Assembly (NCBI GenBank): GCA_951406725.2
Contig: OX597821.1
Location: 56,172,001-56,236,000 of the forward strand
Direction: 5' to 3'
Origin: Octopus vulgaris
Taxonomy: Eukaryota
Length of the DNA stretch: 64,000 bases
The notes under the pieces: model-generated
Databases searched by the model: none
Seen by the model: the letters and a program-made list of their open reading frames with translations, nothing else
Told to the model about the DNA's origin: nothing
Made by a program: the position numbers and the translations under genes
Part shown: positions 15,185 to 29,494 of the stretch, one piece after another
Numbering within the stretch: the stretch's first letter is position 1
Layout of the letters: each line of letters begins with the position of its first letter

Positions 15185-15500
15185 TACTTAATAAATAGGG
15201 TTCAGCAAAGATTTGCTTTATCACATACAGAAGTTTAGAAATAGCAGCCAAAAAACGTTAGCTATTTCTTCTACTTTAAAAAGGGACTCCCAGAAAAAAC
15301 CAAAATACTTGAAAACAATCACACGTTTTTTGGCTGCTATTTCTAAACTTCGGTATGTGGTAAAGTAAATCTTTGCTGGACCCTATTTATTAAGTATTAC
15401 TTAAGTTTACCATGATATGGTCCTTTTTTCATACCGAATTCTACTTGGTGAAATTATTGATTACTTCTTAATTAATTAATTTTACCCTTTGTTATTATTG
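15185..15500. mobile_element. Short inverted-repeat element in (TA)n, probably PLE-derived
   Basis: 74-bp arms 15185-15258 and 15323-15396. Confidence 0.65.
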
Positions 15501-16822
15501 ATTATATATATATAGAGAGAGAGACTGTTTTCATGGAACGATTGAATTGGAATGTTGTAAAACAACACTATATTTCGAAACAGTATTAGAGATGCAACTA
15601 AAATAAATGGTTGCAGATAGGATTCGAAACTGAATTTACCTATGTACCTACCAACCTGCCTGTTAACTTTAAAAGTCATAACAGTTTTTGTTTGAGAATA
15701 AAAGATTAATAAAATTGTAAATAAAGGTTGTCGGAGAATTCGAAAACTCGTGAGAGTCTGTTAAGATGCATAGTGGTTTCCGTTCAGACTTGCCTATGCT
15801 CTGAGCTCATTTCTCACCGTGGTCAACTTCGCATATTAACCCTTCGGGATTAATAAATGACGTTTTACCTCTGGGGGCGATTCTTGCCTCTTTCACTGTT
15901 TATTCTTCATCTAATTCATAGATTCAGCCTTGTCATATTTTGTTACGCAAATTTGGCCTATTACGTTCATACTATGCTTGTCTGCAAACTTCTCGTAAAT
16001 TTCACAAGAAGCAATTAAGTTAATCAATGCTCATTGTCAAGACTGATGGAGAATCCATCAGTAAGTTCTATATTTAGATCATTGTTGTTGATGAAGGCTC
16101 TCACTATATTCCTCGAGCCTTGATCAACTGTGATGTCGCAGATATCATAATTAATAGTAATTTCTGATGTTAGTGATATCGAAACTTTGTAAGATGAAAG
16201 GCAACGTTGATCGCGGCGAATTTTCAACCAGACCGTAAAGAACAAGAAGAAATTTGTCCCACGAGGTAAAGATTCTGTCAAGAATAGCTAATGATTGTTT
16301 TTAGCATAGGCAAGACCAAAAATTTTGGGAGAGGGTTTACTCAATTATATCAATTGAAAGGTTACTTTATTTCTTTCATCCTGTATAAATGAAAGACAAA
16401 GATGATCTTGGATGGATTCGAACTCAGAACGTAAAGCGCTGCAACGTCTACATCGTAGTTTATAATGAAAATAAAAACAGTTACTGGAGAATAAAATAGG
16501 CATCCTTAGAATTATGAATATATACCTTTGAAAAACGTCTTTATTTTCAGGTATCTTATATAATGCTGCTATATATTTCTTTGTCTTTCAGACACAGACC
16601 ATCGATGATAAAGCTGTGACCGTTCCATCTGTATCTCAGTCATATTATATATACGACTGTATTATCTATTGTGCATAATAATTCCTAAAGGGTGCGAAGT
16701 TTATTTTAGATATTTAGGTGTTATTAACATCAGGGTGGAGGAGTACGTTAAGTGGTTCCTGATCTGTACGACGCATTGTATTATTATTGACAGAATCAAT
16801 AGCAATGAGGAAGTTCATATAA

Positions 16823-17218
<396 letters not shown>

Positions 17219-17556
17219 CATGGCTTTGAAACCAGCTGCCCGTGATTAATAGATTCTACCATCAATGAGTATCATACTTCAGTCTCATTTTGTCTTTTGA
17301 TTGAGGTTATTTCACTTCACATCTGTTACTAACTTTCGGCTGAGACATTAGTGATTTATCATCTTATCTACGGATAATGGAGAGCAATATAGCCCAAGCG
17401 TAACGCGATGGTCAAAACTGGAATGGTTTTGATTATAGGCTTGCTCGGTCAGAGCTGACTTAGAACTGAACAACAAAAACAGTAAATAGAAGAAGAAATG
17501 TCACTAGTTCTTGTCATAGTAACCAATATCATGTATTTTAGAAAGTAGTTACTTAC

Positions 17557-17598
17557 CTCACCATTCATGTAACAAAACAATACTGAGACAATCAGTCC
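17557..17598 (-). CDS. Class B1 GPCR TM7 exon (GLIVSVLFCYMNGE)
   Basis: ttctgttgcag|...gag|gtaagt; the 42-nt phase 0-0 exon characteristic of secretin-family receptors (GxxVxxxxCxxNxE). Confidence 0.95.
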
Positions 17599-18494
17599 CT
17601 GCAACAGAAATAAGACATATTTTAATTGCAGTGATATTCTAATAAATTAAAGAAGGGAATCGATTTCAAAAGCGCAAACATGGTTATTTTTACAATTCAT
17701 CAAGATATGTTTAAATGATATATTCAATTATACTTTATCACGTTGGCTTTGGTATTGCCCGTTGTAGACAAAGACATCATGATACATTAAACATGGAGTG
17801 TTTGTCTACACTAACCTACGCACTTGCAGCTTCTACACCTGTTGATTAGATTCTGTAACTGATCATTGCCAAAACTACTTTACGCAAAATGTAAAGAATC
17901 AGAATTAAGATGTAGATATATTCTTGCTAAATCCGTCTTCAAAACATTACAAGAATTTTCAGAGTAGAATATTCTGGAACATGGTTTATTTAACTTGTCC
18001 ATGTTAAAACATAGATTTTAACTCAGCACTACACGATCTCGAAACATTCGGTAATAATACAGTAACTCTTACAAATTGCAGTGAGATATTGAACCTATCA
18101 GCTGACACCTACGGCAAGATGGATCACAAAAATGACATTTCAATTGCTTCTAAACTGTATTGACTATTAGCGCATCACTGTCATTCTTAAACAGGGAAAC
18201 AGTTCGACACAATTTAATTCAGATGAGACCTACATGTAATTATATCAGCGGGCATTCTAACTTAGTCATCTAGGAACTGTCAAATACATATCGTGATTCA
18301 CCCTTTCTTAATATCCCATGCTTTCTCTACCAGCTGCAAAAATAGTACAAAAAATTCACGCAATAAATAAATGAGGCAATTAAATGCATGAAGACGTCCA
18401 CAGCAGTACACGTCAATACTCTGGTTTATATTTTGAAAGAACTTTTAAATTGTCCCTATTTAGTTCTTGTGGCTCATCAATAACAATAGTAATA

Positions 18495-18722
18495 ATAGTT
18501 TCATATTTGGGCACAAGGCCAGCAATTTCGAAGAAAAGTCGGAAGAAGTGTAAGCCGATTACGTCGATCCTAGTATCCAACTGGTACTTTTTTATGGACC
18601 CCGATTGGATGAAAAACAAAGTGAACCATGACGAAATTTGAGCTCAGGACTTAAAGACGGATCAAATACCGTTAAGCAATTTGCCGGTCGCGCTTACGAT
18701 TCTGCCAGCTCACCGCCTTAAG
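18495..18722 (-). mobile_element. tRNA-like SINE family C (further decayed copies near 2030, 2260, 9060, 11200, 15730, 16180, 36215, 37060, 62065, 63675)
   Basis: Shared motifs ggatgaaaggcaaagtcgacc..cggaatttgaactcag and gattctgccagctcaccgcctta. Confidence 0.8.
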
Positions 18723-18877
18723 CAAAATAATAATAATAATCCGTGTCTAAATATGTAAATATCTCTTAATTGATTGTTGTTATTAAAAAGAATGTTTTGG
18801 CAGTCCTTGTAGCAGACCTATCCAAATGTTTTCAAATATACTACAAGTAATGAAGAGAAGCTTGTAGGCAAAGAGAA

Positions 18878-19735
18878 TAAGATATGTTTCTTTATTAGCC
18901 ACACAGGGCTGCACACAGATAGAACAAATTACAAGGTAGAGCTTTTCTTTTGAAGGTTTTAAAAAAAAAAAAAAAAAAAAAAAGGAAGGGGGAGTTTCGA
19001 TCAAAAGGGATCGTAAAAGGAGAGAAAGAGGACAAAAAAAGGGGGGTTAAAAAAAGGGGGAGCAAGGATGATGAAAATAGCTCTTCCTTCCCGTTTGAAG
19101 GAAGGAGGCGTGACAATATTGACGATAGACTCAGCTGATAAACCGACTCGTCCCACACGTGACAGCAGTTGTTCGACATAAGCCCACAGGTCGGAAATTG
19201 TTGGACACTGAACGAGTGCGTGCAGAACGGTTTCGTCGCTCTGACCGCATCTCGGGCAGGTCGGCCCCGTGTTTCTCGAGCCGTGTCTGTAGAGCTTATC
19301 CCGAACGGGTAGCGCTTCTCGGTAGCACTGCCAGGCCAGGGATCTCTGGAAGTTGTCCATGGGCCCTGGCCCGAAAGTCGTCCTGAACAGGCGGGTCAGG
19401 TACTCCTCGTCGACGTCCAGGTTCGCCCCGAGCTCGTCGTCGTACCTCCCCTCCACTAAACCCCTATAGAATGCTTTGGTTGTGTTGAAGTCACTTAAGG
19501 TCGACCCAGGACGGCAGAGTTGCTTGAGAGCAACGCGACACTCGCGGTGCCATTCGCCCTTCCTCGGCCTCTTTTTGATCCACGACTGCAGTTCGGTCAT
19601 GGAGACGAGCTGCGGGAAAGCGTGCCTCACAAACGGCGACCACACCTGTTCACCGTCGTCTACATAGAGCCAGAGATGCCGCAGTCTCAGCGCGTGTCTG
19701 CGCATCATCAACCACGGCATGATAGACAGAGAGGA
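18878..19735 (-). mobile_element. 5'-truncated Tx1/L1-clade LINE 3' end
   Basis: GC-rich open frame with LPVRDKL..CPRCGQSDETVLHALVQCP (zf-RVT CCHC); pyrimidine-rich 3' UTR with AATAAA; abuts (GATA)n. Confidence 0.9.
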
Positions 19736-19892
<157 letters not shown>

Positions 19893-22177
19893 CAGTGGTG
19901 ATACATAAATAATTGGTAGATAGGTATAAAATAGATAACTAGAAACACACACATATATCAAAGAAAAACTATTTCACCCCTACACACATATATATGCACG
20001 CATCTACATATATGTATGTGCGTACATACATACGTACATATATTTTGTATGTGCATATGTACAAGCACGTTGATTGATAGGTAGATAGATAAATTATTAA
20101 ATAGTTGATACGGAATAAAAAAATTAATGAAATTGAAGAGATGCGGTAAACAACTAACAGTTTACTGTGGTTTAAGAGAACAAAGAACAGTAGCGGAAAC
20201 TAAAAAGAACTGGAAACAATGGGAACAAAGTAGTGTATGGAAATGATGAAAAAAATTCTATATTAATAACAATGAATAACCTGTGACAAGAACAATTATA
20301 TTTGGTTATCCGCGCGTGTGTGTGTGTGTTTGTGTGTGTATACGTACATATACACACATAGGCACATAGATGCAAAAATATAAATCTCTCTACCTATCTA
20401 TCAATCAATCTTTCTGTCTATATAAGTATGCATCTACGCTTGGATGAACAAATATATATTTGCAAGTAGTAAAAGAAGCTTCAATATTATTTGTTCTGTT
20501 TTCTTTCACAGAATAAAAATTGTCACATGCCAGCTGTTGTATTCTCGTAAAAGAAGCAAAAGTAGAACTTGTATAACATCATCTTTTTTTTTTCTCTTAG
20601 AACAATATTACTAATCCATATACATAAAAGTTGTCACGTATTTATGTCTGAAATCATGCGTGCGTGTTCGCTCAGAAACCCAAGAATGAAGCGTTCTAAA
20701 AAAAACCCTTAAAACCAGATTCAGAATTAACTGTAAAAAATAAACGGAAACAAACATCCTTTTCGACCATAGGGGCTCACACTATTGCCTCACCCAATTA
20801 AAATTCTGTTTTAATTATTCAAGGTTTACGATATAAATTTTATCTGGTACTTGATAATATTTTACTAATTTAATGGTTTTTATTAGACGTATAACGGTTG
20901 CATTGAGGTAGATAATTTTTGGGAAGAATACAAAAAATTTAAAAGATTTTCAAGGGATGCATAAACTCTTTAGCAGGATCAGAAAATATTCATGGCGAAT
21001 TTTAAAACCTCGAGTTTTAGTAGGAGCCCATAAAGACATATTTCTACAACGAGCTGAAGTGTTTCTTTTTCTTTTTTAAGAAAGTAATTTTGTTAATGAG
21101 AATTACAAAGTTTCTGTAGAGATCAGAAGAATTTTAAATTTGAATTTTAAGTTTGTATAAAAAAATGTTGAACGCTAATATTTGATGCCAATTTTGAGTA
21201 AAAGGTTCTCAGTTTTTATGAAGCTAGGAATTCAAATTAAATCAATATAATGTGAGATACTTTTTCATTAATTTTCTTGAAAAAATATTTTTTATACTCG
21301 TTGCATGATTTTTTATTCAGTGTATCGTCTTGTTAAAGATAAAATGCAGTAAAACTTCTGTAACATTATATATAAATAAATTCGGTCTGCGTAAATTTTG
21401 TTTTAATTTTAGCTCCATAAAAATAACGGGTAATTAATCTGTGTTAAATAATTAAAAATAAATATAGTAAAATCGCTCATATAGGTCTGTAATCATGCGT
21501 CTGTGTCTGCTCTAAAACTTGACAACAGATTTCTAGAGAGAAACAAGATAAGATGTAGCAATTGAAAAATAGATAAAATGTGTTAATGAAATGATAATGA
21601 GAGTTATAGGACAGGATTATAATCGTGAGTCTGATAGAGAAAATCACAACCACATCAGGTCTATGGGGATAGCTAAACATCCATACAAAAGGCTAAGCCC
21701 AAAGCTAAACATCAATACAAAAGACTAAGCCCAAATAACCAAGCCATAAATGTGGTCTACCAAGAGACTTTATTGTATTTCTGGATTACATAGAGAGAGT
21801 CTCAAGTTAATAAAATGGACAATAAATCGCAAAATTATCAGAAATAATCTAATTCAACATGGTTTATTTTCAGCTTTGATTATTCGTAGAGGAAAATCTA
21901 GTTAATGCTTGTACATTTCACTAGGTACTCAGTCTAGTATATATGTAGGCAAATAAAGGCATATCAAGCCTTGATATATTGAAATTATCTCTGTCCCCAG
22001 AGGATAGATCATGATTACCAAATGGCAACTGAAAACAACTCAGTAGGAAAAAGGGAAATAACATCAAGAATCAAGATTTCTCCAAAGTTGACATATCACT
22101 AAAGGAAAGGGCTTATTGTTTGGTAATAAGAGGCGTTTCTGCTTCAATAATTGTCCTTACCGCCCCCAACTGCGAAG

Positions 22178-23700
22178 AGACAGTTTTTGCTAGAATGGAA
22201 CTGATATATCAATTCAATCTATACTCTTACAAACGCTACACCTTTAAAAAGAAATGGACTTGTTTGATTGGCCCTTTAGAAAAAACGGTCAATCTTCGAG
22301 CGATAAACAAAAAGGTCAAAAATATATGTATATATATATATAAAAAACTTATAAAAATTATAAAATCCGAGGAAAAAACCTATTGACGTTAATGAAGACA
22401 GTGCAAATTTGAATCAAAGAAGTGAGCTAATGAACTTATGTAGGCACGCGGCTAAATTTAAAATGTCGAATATAAATATACCATATGGATAGAGTATATA
22501 TTTTGTATTTTTGATTTTGATTTTGACTCTTGAATGATGAGCGCTACGATGGATTTTGATTTTGTTTTTGTTTCCAAGCTATGCGGATCTTAATCCGTAT
22601 AGCAAAGTCTTATGTTTCTACATATATATTAGGAAAAACCTACAAACTTTGTTTTCATGTTATTGTATTGCATAAGATTACCTTGATTATTTATATTACC
22701 TTGATTATTTATAAATGACCCAAAATAGGATGTTATATTTTATTTTATTTTATATGTCTTTCGTATATATTTTTATTAATGCACCCATTTTTAAAAGCAA
22801 TATTTTTTTAAAAAAACAATGTTGTCAAAATTAGAATGTTTATATAAGTATGTGTATAGCAAAGCATATGTATTTGTAAGCATGCGTATCTGTGTATGTG
22901 TAAGTGAAAGTATGTTTGTGCTTAAGCACACATATACACGACTGTATGTATGTGTATCCATTCAAACTTGTGTATGTATACTGGTCTTTATATATGCCAA
23001 TAATACCGTTACACTGCTTGTATACATAATTTTTTCTTATTTCGTTTTTTCCCCACCCCTCCTTCGTTCCTTTCTCTCTCTCCCTTTCTTTCGTTTCCCC
23101 TCCTTGCTCAGTATATGAGAATTGCTACATAGATGAATTTTAGCTTGCGTGCGAGACGGTTTGTGTGAATATATGTACACATGCTTTTATGTGTATATTT
23201 AGATTTATATTCATACGTCTGTATATGTATGTATGGCGTTTACGCGCATCCTTTTGTGTATGTTGATATATATATGTAGATTTTAATATAAATATGTATT
23301 GCAGTATTTATAACAGGTTTAATTTCTATGCATTAATTTGCACTGTCTTCATTAACGTCAATAGGTTTTTCCTCGGATTTTATAATTTTTATAAGTTTTT
23401 TATATATATATACATATATCTTTGACCTTTTTGTTTATCGCTCGAAGATTGACCGTTTTTTCTAAAGGGCCAATCAAACAAGTCCATTTCTTTTTAAAGG
23501 TGTAGCGTTTGTAAGAGTATAGATTGAATTGATATATCAGTTCCATTCTAGCAAAAACTGTCTGATGAACGGCAACGAGAAACTCAGAGTAACAGATTTT
23601 GTTGAATTTTCTGCTGCTTAAAATAAAGTATATTACTCTACCACTGGTATTTGAGTACTCTTTTTTCCACCTTGTTTCACATTTATGTGTTTACTCCGGT
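22178..23700 (+). mobile_element. 5'-truncated Penelope-like element with inverted pLTR piece
   Basis: Near-perfect arms 22178-22409 and 23335-23563; LNQRSELMNLCRHAAKF at ~22408 matches the Penelope GIY-YIG C-terminus; hammerhead at 23554. Confidence 0.82.
23554..23599 (+). ncRNA. Minimal type I hammerhead ribozyme
   Basis: aaaactgt-CTGATGA-a cg GCAA cg a-GAAA-ctc a gag-TA^-acagattt; stem I ctgt/acag; stem II closing pair is an A/A mismatch. Confidence 0.78.
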
Positions 23701-23753
23701 ATATATATATATATATTTATTTATATATATATATATATAGATATAGATATACC

Positions 23754-23803
<50 letters not shown>

Positions 23804-24234
23804 CATACATACACACACATACATATAATTATTTGCAAGATCTAAGTGAATCGAAGTATTTTAAAAGTAAGGACATTAATAAGTTAGAGTCAACAATAAA
23901 TAACCGTGTGTGTGTTTGGGTGTGAAATATATGAAATACAGATAGAGACCATTTCGCATTACGTAACAGGTTTAAAATTTATTTCTTTTATGGTAATTGA
24001 GTATGTGTAGTCTGTAATCCTCTGACCAATACGATAACTATGTTTACTGTTGATAATATACACTAGTAACACACCGTAAATTGTACTTCGGTATTGCTGT
24101 ATTGCGTAATATAATTGTGTTAGAGTGTATGACTTTACTACGTGTATAGCCTCTTTTCTTGCACGCATTATAATTTTAATTTATATAGCATATATGTGTA
24201 TGTCAATGCATGTGTATGTGTGTGTATGTTTATA

Positions 24235-24285
<51 letters not shown>

Positions 24286-24330
24286 GAAATGTGTTTTGAA
24301 AAAAATATAAAATACACGTGGAAATGTAAG

Positions 24331-25818
24331 GTTAAAATATAGAAAATCAACGAAAATGCATATTGTAGATATAAAAAAGCTATTTATGACAGGTAGTGAC
24401 AAATATATACATTTAGAGTATTACTAGTCAAAAAGTCCTTATTATTGATGATTATAAGAAGTTAATAATGATAATAATAATAAGGTAAGAGACTGAAACG
24501 AACCAATTGGTTTTCGCGTTAGCTATTCATCGTTTGAACAACACCGGTTAGTAAACGGTGTCAGGTCTAATAGTTCCTGAGAAAAGAGATTATTTGTAAG
24601 GGAGGTAAGTAGTTAAGGAATTAGAAATGTGAGTGATGTAGAAAGTGTATAGGGTTTAGTGATTTAAATTGAAGAGTTAATGGTGTTCTGTATTGAGTTG
24701 TGTGTTCACATTTACTTGGGGGAGAAATTTGTTGATGAAAAATGATTCTTTATTCAACCTTCGTTGCATTGTGGTGTTCTGTGAGCATTGGTAAAAGGGA
24801 AATATTTGGAAATTGGGATTAAGATTCCTGGAACATCATTCTATGTGTTCACTCACCTTTAACTGTCTGTATTGTGGGTAGCGGATTTGCTCTTTGTGAA
24901 TGGTGATTCTTTGACGGAGCGAAATTCCTGTTTGTCCAATATAGAGTTTACCGCATCCTATGCATGTCATGACATAGATTACATTTGCTGAGGCGCAGGT
25001 GAAATTTGATTTGATCTTAAATATTTCTCCTTGTTTGAATTGGAATTCTGAATCCTCCAGAAGATGGGGGCATGTTCCACAGTTGGAACGTCCACATTTT
25101 GTCACTTTTGGCTAAGTAGTTAGTGGGTAAAGTCTAGCGCTGGTTAGTAATATTTTCAGTGACTTCGGTTGCTTTTTGCTTTTTATAATTTTATATGAGC
25201 TTAAAATTTCGTTCATTGTTTTGTCTGCTGTGAGGATGGGGAGGTTTTGGGTGATGATGTTGAAGGCTTCGTTGTTTCTGGGGTTATGTGTGGAGATGTA
25301 CGGGAGTATTTTTAAGTCTTGTTTAGTATTACGGCTAGTTTTTCTTAATCTTTGTATATCTATTCACTTAGCTCTTTTGATGCCTTCATTTACTAATGAG
25401 ATTGGGCAGTGTCTTTTAGTTAGTGTAGATCTAAGTTCAAGAAGTCTATCTTCACGAGTGTATAACTCTTCAATTTAAACCACTAAACCCTATACACTTT
25501 CTACATCACTCACATTTCTAATTCCTGAACTACTTACCTCCCTTATAAATTATCTCTTTTCTCAGGAACTATTAGACCTGACACCGTTTACTAACCGATG
25601 TTGTTCAAACGATGAATAGTTAACGCGAAAACCAATTGGTTCGTTTAAGTCTCTTACCTTATTATTATTATTATTATTATTATTAACTTCTTATAGTCAT
25701 CAATAATAAGGACCTTTTTGACTAGTAATACTCTAAATGTATATATTTGTCACTACCTGTCATAAATAGCCTTTTTATATCTACAATATGCATTTTCGTT
25801 GAATTTTTATATTTTAAC
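24331..25818 (-). mobile_element. Penelope-like element (Neptune-type) GIY-YIG fragment between inverted pLTRs
   Basis: CGRSNCGTC linker, NVIY..C..CGKLYIGQT..LRQR motif (24700-25460, with stops); ~350-bp arms 24331-24679 and 25463-25818. Confidence 0.92.
25606..25647 (+). ncRNA. Degenerate hammerhead in pLTR (mirror copy 24495-24536 on minus strand)
   Basis: aaac-GATGA-..gc-GAAA-accaattggt-TC-gttt; palindromic stem III; core lacks 1-2 nt. Confidence 0.5.
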
Positions 25819-26873
25819 ACCATACATATATATATATTTATTTATTTCTGTGTATGCGTTTGTACATATACATGTATGTTTGTAATTTACCTGTATGAAT
25901 GTTCTGATTTTTCCGCTTTTAAATTCCAATGAGGGATATGATTTTCAAACGGCAACTTGATGCGTTATTTTGCACTTATATATTGCATTTTGTATTAAGT
26001 TATGTTATATGAATTATATTATTTATATATTGTGAATATATATGTATATCTTCTTGTGTATATTGATATGTATACTTGCATATCTATATCTATATGGATA
26101 TGCACACACACACACATAAATATATACATATATATATATATATGGCCACAGCTCATAAGCTGAAACTGGAAAAATCAAAATCAAATCAAATCATATACAT
26201 ACACATACCTACATATATATACATATATATATACATATGCACACACACACACATACACATATATATATATATGTATGTATCTATCTCTCTCTATATATAT
26301 GTATGTTATTTTCTGGGTGTATGCGCGTTTGTATATGTATGTATAAACTCTGTTAATGGGAGCATACATAACCATGATTGCTTCTTTTTGGATGTGTGTA
26401 TGTCTTGATACGTATATATTGGTTTATACTGTGAACGTATGCGTAATCTATCGTCTCTACTCGTATGAGTATATGTGTATGTGGTGGTGAATGTGTGTGT
26501 GTGCGCGTGTTTGTGCGGCTATATCCGTTGCAGTTCAGGCTTCCGCCGCTCGGCGTTACTTGATGCAAGCTTCAGGCATCAGTCTTCAACCGGCGTCGTC
26601 GTTTGGCGCGATACTGCCACTTGATGTGCCTTTGGTTTTGAAATTTATCTGTATTTGTCTACATATATACTAGTCTGAGTACCTAGTAAAATATACAAGC
26701 ATTAATTAAATTTTCCTCTACAAATAATCAAGGCTGAAATTAAGCCATGTTGAATTAGATTATTTCTGATAATTTTGCTATTAATTGTCCATTTTATTAA
26801 CTTGAGTCTCTCTCTATGTAATCCAGACATCAAGTCTCTTATGACTAGGTTATTTGGGCTTAGCCTTTTGCAT

Positions 26874-27350
26874 GGTGACGAAAGCTGATGCTACGGCAAC
26901 GACTCGGAAACGAAGCAGCAATCAAATAAATGGAAGCTTTCGATGTCATCACGTCCCCAAAAAGTGCATCAAGTTAATTTTAATATCGAGACGATATTAA
27001 TGTGTTTCATCGACGAGAATGGAATTGTCCACGCACATTATGGTCCTCCCGGACAAACTGTTAACCAGACATTTTAATATGCTTGTCAGTTCTTGCCCCC
27101 TACGACTTTCTTTTGTTCGCCCGAACGTGAAAATTCCTTAAATGAAAACATTTTGCAGACGTGGAAGATATGAAGAAAATAACGAGGCGTTAAAAGGCAT
27201 ATTTTTGGAAGCATTCCGGGATTGCTTCGGACAATGGAAAACGCCTCTCGACCAATGTATGGCGTCAAACGGAGAATACTATGGAGGCAGTAAAATTGTA
27301 AATATGTAAAGCTAAGTGAATAAAATAATTCTGCGAAATTCCGGTTTCTT
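26874..27350 (+). mobile_element. Internally deleted mariner transposase fragment
   Basis: GDES*CYGNDSETKQQS, GIVHAHYGPPGQTVN, LAPYDF, QCMASNGEYY. Confidence 0.85.
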
Positions 27351-27398
27351 ACATACATACATACATGCATAAATACATACATACATACATACATACAT

Positions 27399-27514
<116 letters not shown>

Positions 27515-28215
27515 ATTATGAAGATATATAGACCTCTTACAGGATTTGAAAACAAATCTCGTCATATTACGTAAGTGACAAAAGAAAACATCACGTAACA
27601 TGTAATGATAGCCCTCAAGACTGGTTGAATTGCGTTCTTCTTAGAAATCCACTCATGTACTGAAGCAGTGATTCCAATCCTCTCTCGAATTTCGGTTTGT
27701 GTAGTTTTCTTTTAACTCATAAAACATAGGCGTGAAACATCAAATTCAGAATAGTAATCAATTAAAAATTAATTTCATGCTGACTACAACCATTGTTTAC
27801 ATTTGAGATGAATGATCAGACTCTCGCAATGTCTAAAGAAATAAAGTTGTGAAGATTTGAATGTTTTATAAGTAACCAGTCAGTATAACATACATAGATG
27901 CATACATACATATATATGTATGTGTATATATAGGCATGTATGTAAGTATATATATATGAAAAGAGTGAGTGAGAGACAAAAAGAGAGAGAGTGTGTGTGT
28001 TAGAGGGAGAGAGAGAGGAAGGAAAGAAACAAACAGCAAAGGAAAGAACAAACAAGAAAGTAGATAACTTATAAAAGCTGTGAAGTTGATTAAGGTGATT
28101 ATTTAAACATGTTTGAAATTCCATTGAAGACTATGCTAAAATTTTATAAAAGATTTCATACAATGTAGTCTCTAAAAGTATTCCCAAGAAATCGAAATAA
28201 TTAAAAAGTAATTAC

Positions 28216-28351
28216 CTTTGTTCCTGTTATGGTATCACTAATGATATTCACCCAGAAGTAATGTCTGCTGCTCTCAGGAACTCTGTATGTCACAATCAGA
28301 ATTTGAATTCCAAACAATGGTAGTAACAGAATTAAAGCTTTCACAGAGCGT
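28216..28351 (-). CDS. Class B1 GPCR exon, TM6-ECL3-TM7 start (RSVKALILLLPLFGIQILIVTYRVPESSRHYFWVNIISDTITGTK)
   Basis: ttttgcag|...aag|gtaatt, 136 nt, phase 2 to 0; PLFG (PxxG) TM6 motif; open frame. Confidence 0.93.
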
Positions 28352-28447
28352 CTGCAAAATAAAACATTATAAATATATATTAAAATGTATCTATCTATCT
28401 ATCTATTTGTCTCTCTGTCTGTCTTTCTGTTTCTGTCTGTCCATCTA

Positions 28448-28521
<74 letters not shown>

Positions 28522-28569
28522 TATAAATATATCATTGTTGAATTGCTACATGGTGGTACTTCTCTAATT

Positions 28570-28600
<31 letters not shown>

Positions 28601-28639
28601 TATATATATATACATATCAGGATACTAATTTTGTTTAAA

Positions 28640-29200
28640 CAGGTAGGAATCGGCAGCACAGCATGACAAGACTTCACAAGACGAAACATATTTGTCATAT
28701 TCTGCAGGTACGATCTTCATTTTGCTCCGATATATTCGCGGCATTTTTGAACACCATAAATCTATGGTGAGATTATATCTCAGAAAATTGAAGAGCATCA
28801 AGATTTTTAACGCTTGACATACATTTAGTACGATACATTGATGGCGATTTTAATCTAATCCTATTTCAGTTGAGTATAGCGAGTTTTATGCTGCCCGGCA
28901 AGCTTCTGCAATGCCATTGCAGCTTTTATTCAGGTGTTTCCTATATAGAGAGACATGAATGTTCTTTCAGTATATGACAATCGGACGCATAGTATTAAGA
29001 AGCTACAGCAAAAGTGAAGTAGTTTTTGTATATCACAGCAGTGACGATACTTGCCTCGCTATATGTTCGTCTCGCCATGATATCTTCTTCTCGCCACACG
29101 TCCATAAAGAAATTGTATTTCAGACAATTCCTCTGCATTATGTCTTCTAACACTGTGTCTACATATAGTATGAGACACATCTGGCGATTTTCTCATCTAT
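28640..29200 (-). mobile_element. Highly decayed RTE-like LINE RT fragment
   Basis: FMDVWREEDI..EASIVTAVIYKN resembles the RTE pre-RT motif IWEEExIP..DASIVTIYK. Confidence 0.5.
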
Positions 29201-29494
29201 ATTTTGGTAGAGATAATCCATGTGCTGTGTCGGTTGTGTTTTTGTTTTGTTTGTTTTGTATTTTAGTTTAATCAATTTTCCATAAACTCTGACACATCTT
29301 TTATATATTTGGGAAATAAAAATCCTCACTGTCATAAACCAAAGATATGATATTGTTGGCACAACATCTTTTAACAGCTAACGAAACGGAAAAAAATATT
29401 TCTTGATTTCATCTAGTACATATTTACATTGTGATACTTATTTGAAAGTTAAAGTAAAGTATTTGAGAAGATAAATATAGACAACACTTTGTGT

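Larger units (their letters stand above)
21713..26875. repeat. Outer inverted repeat, arms 21713-21955 and 26652-26875
   Basis: e.g. gaaataatctaattcaacatgg versus ccatgttgaattagattatttc; encloses two more inverted-repeat elements. Confidence 0.88.

Noticed and set aside
16024-16281. 85-aa ORF as the GPCR C-terminal exon
   Set aside because: Half is SINE sequence; no suitable phase-0 acceptor or helix-8 pattern
26884-26915. ctgatgct..ggaaac hammerhead-like string
   Set aside because: It is mariner coding sequence and the core is wrong
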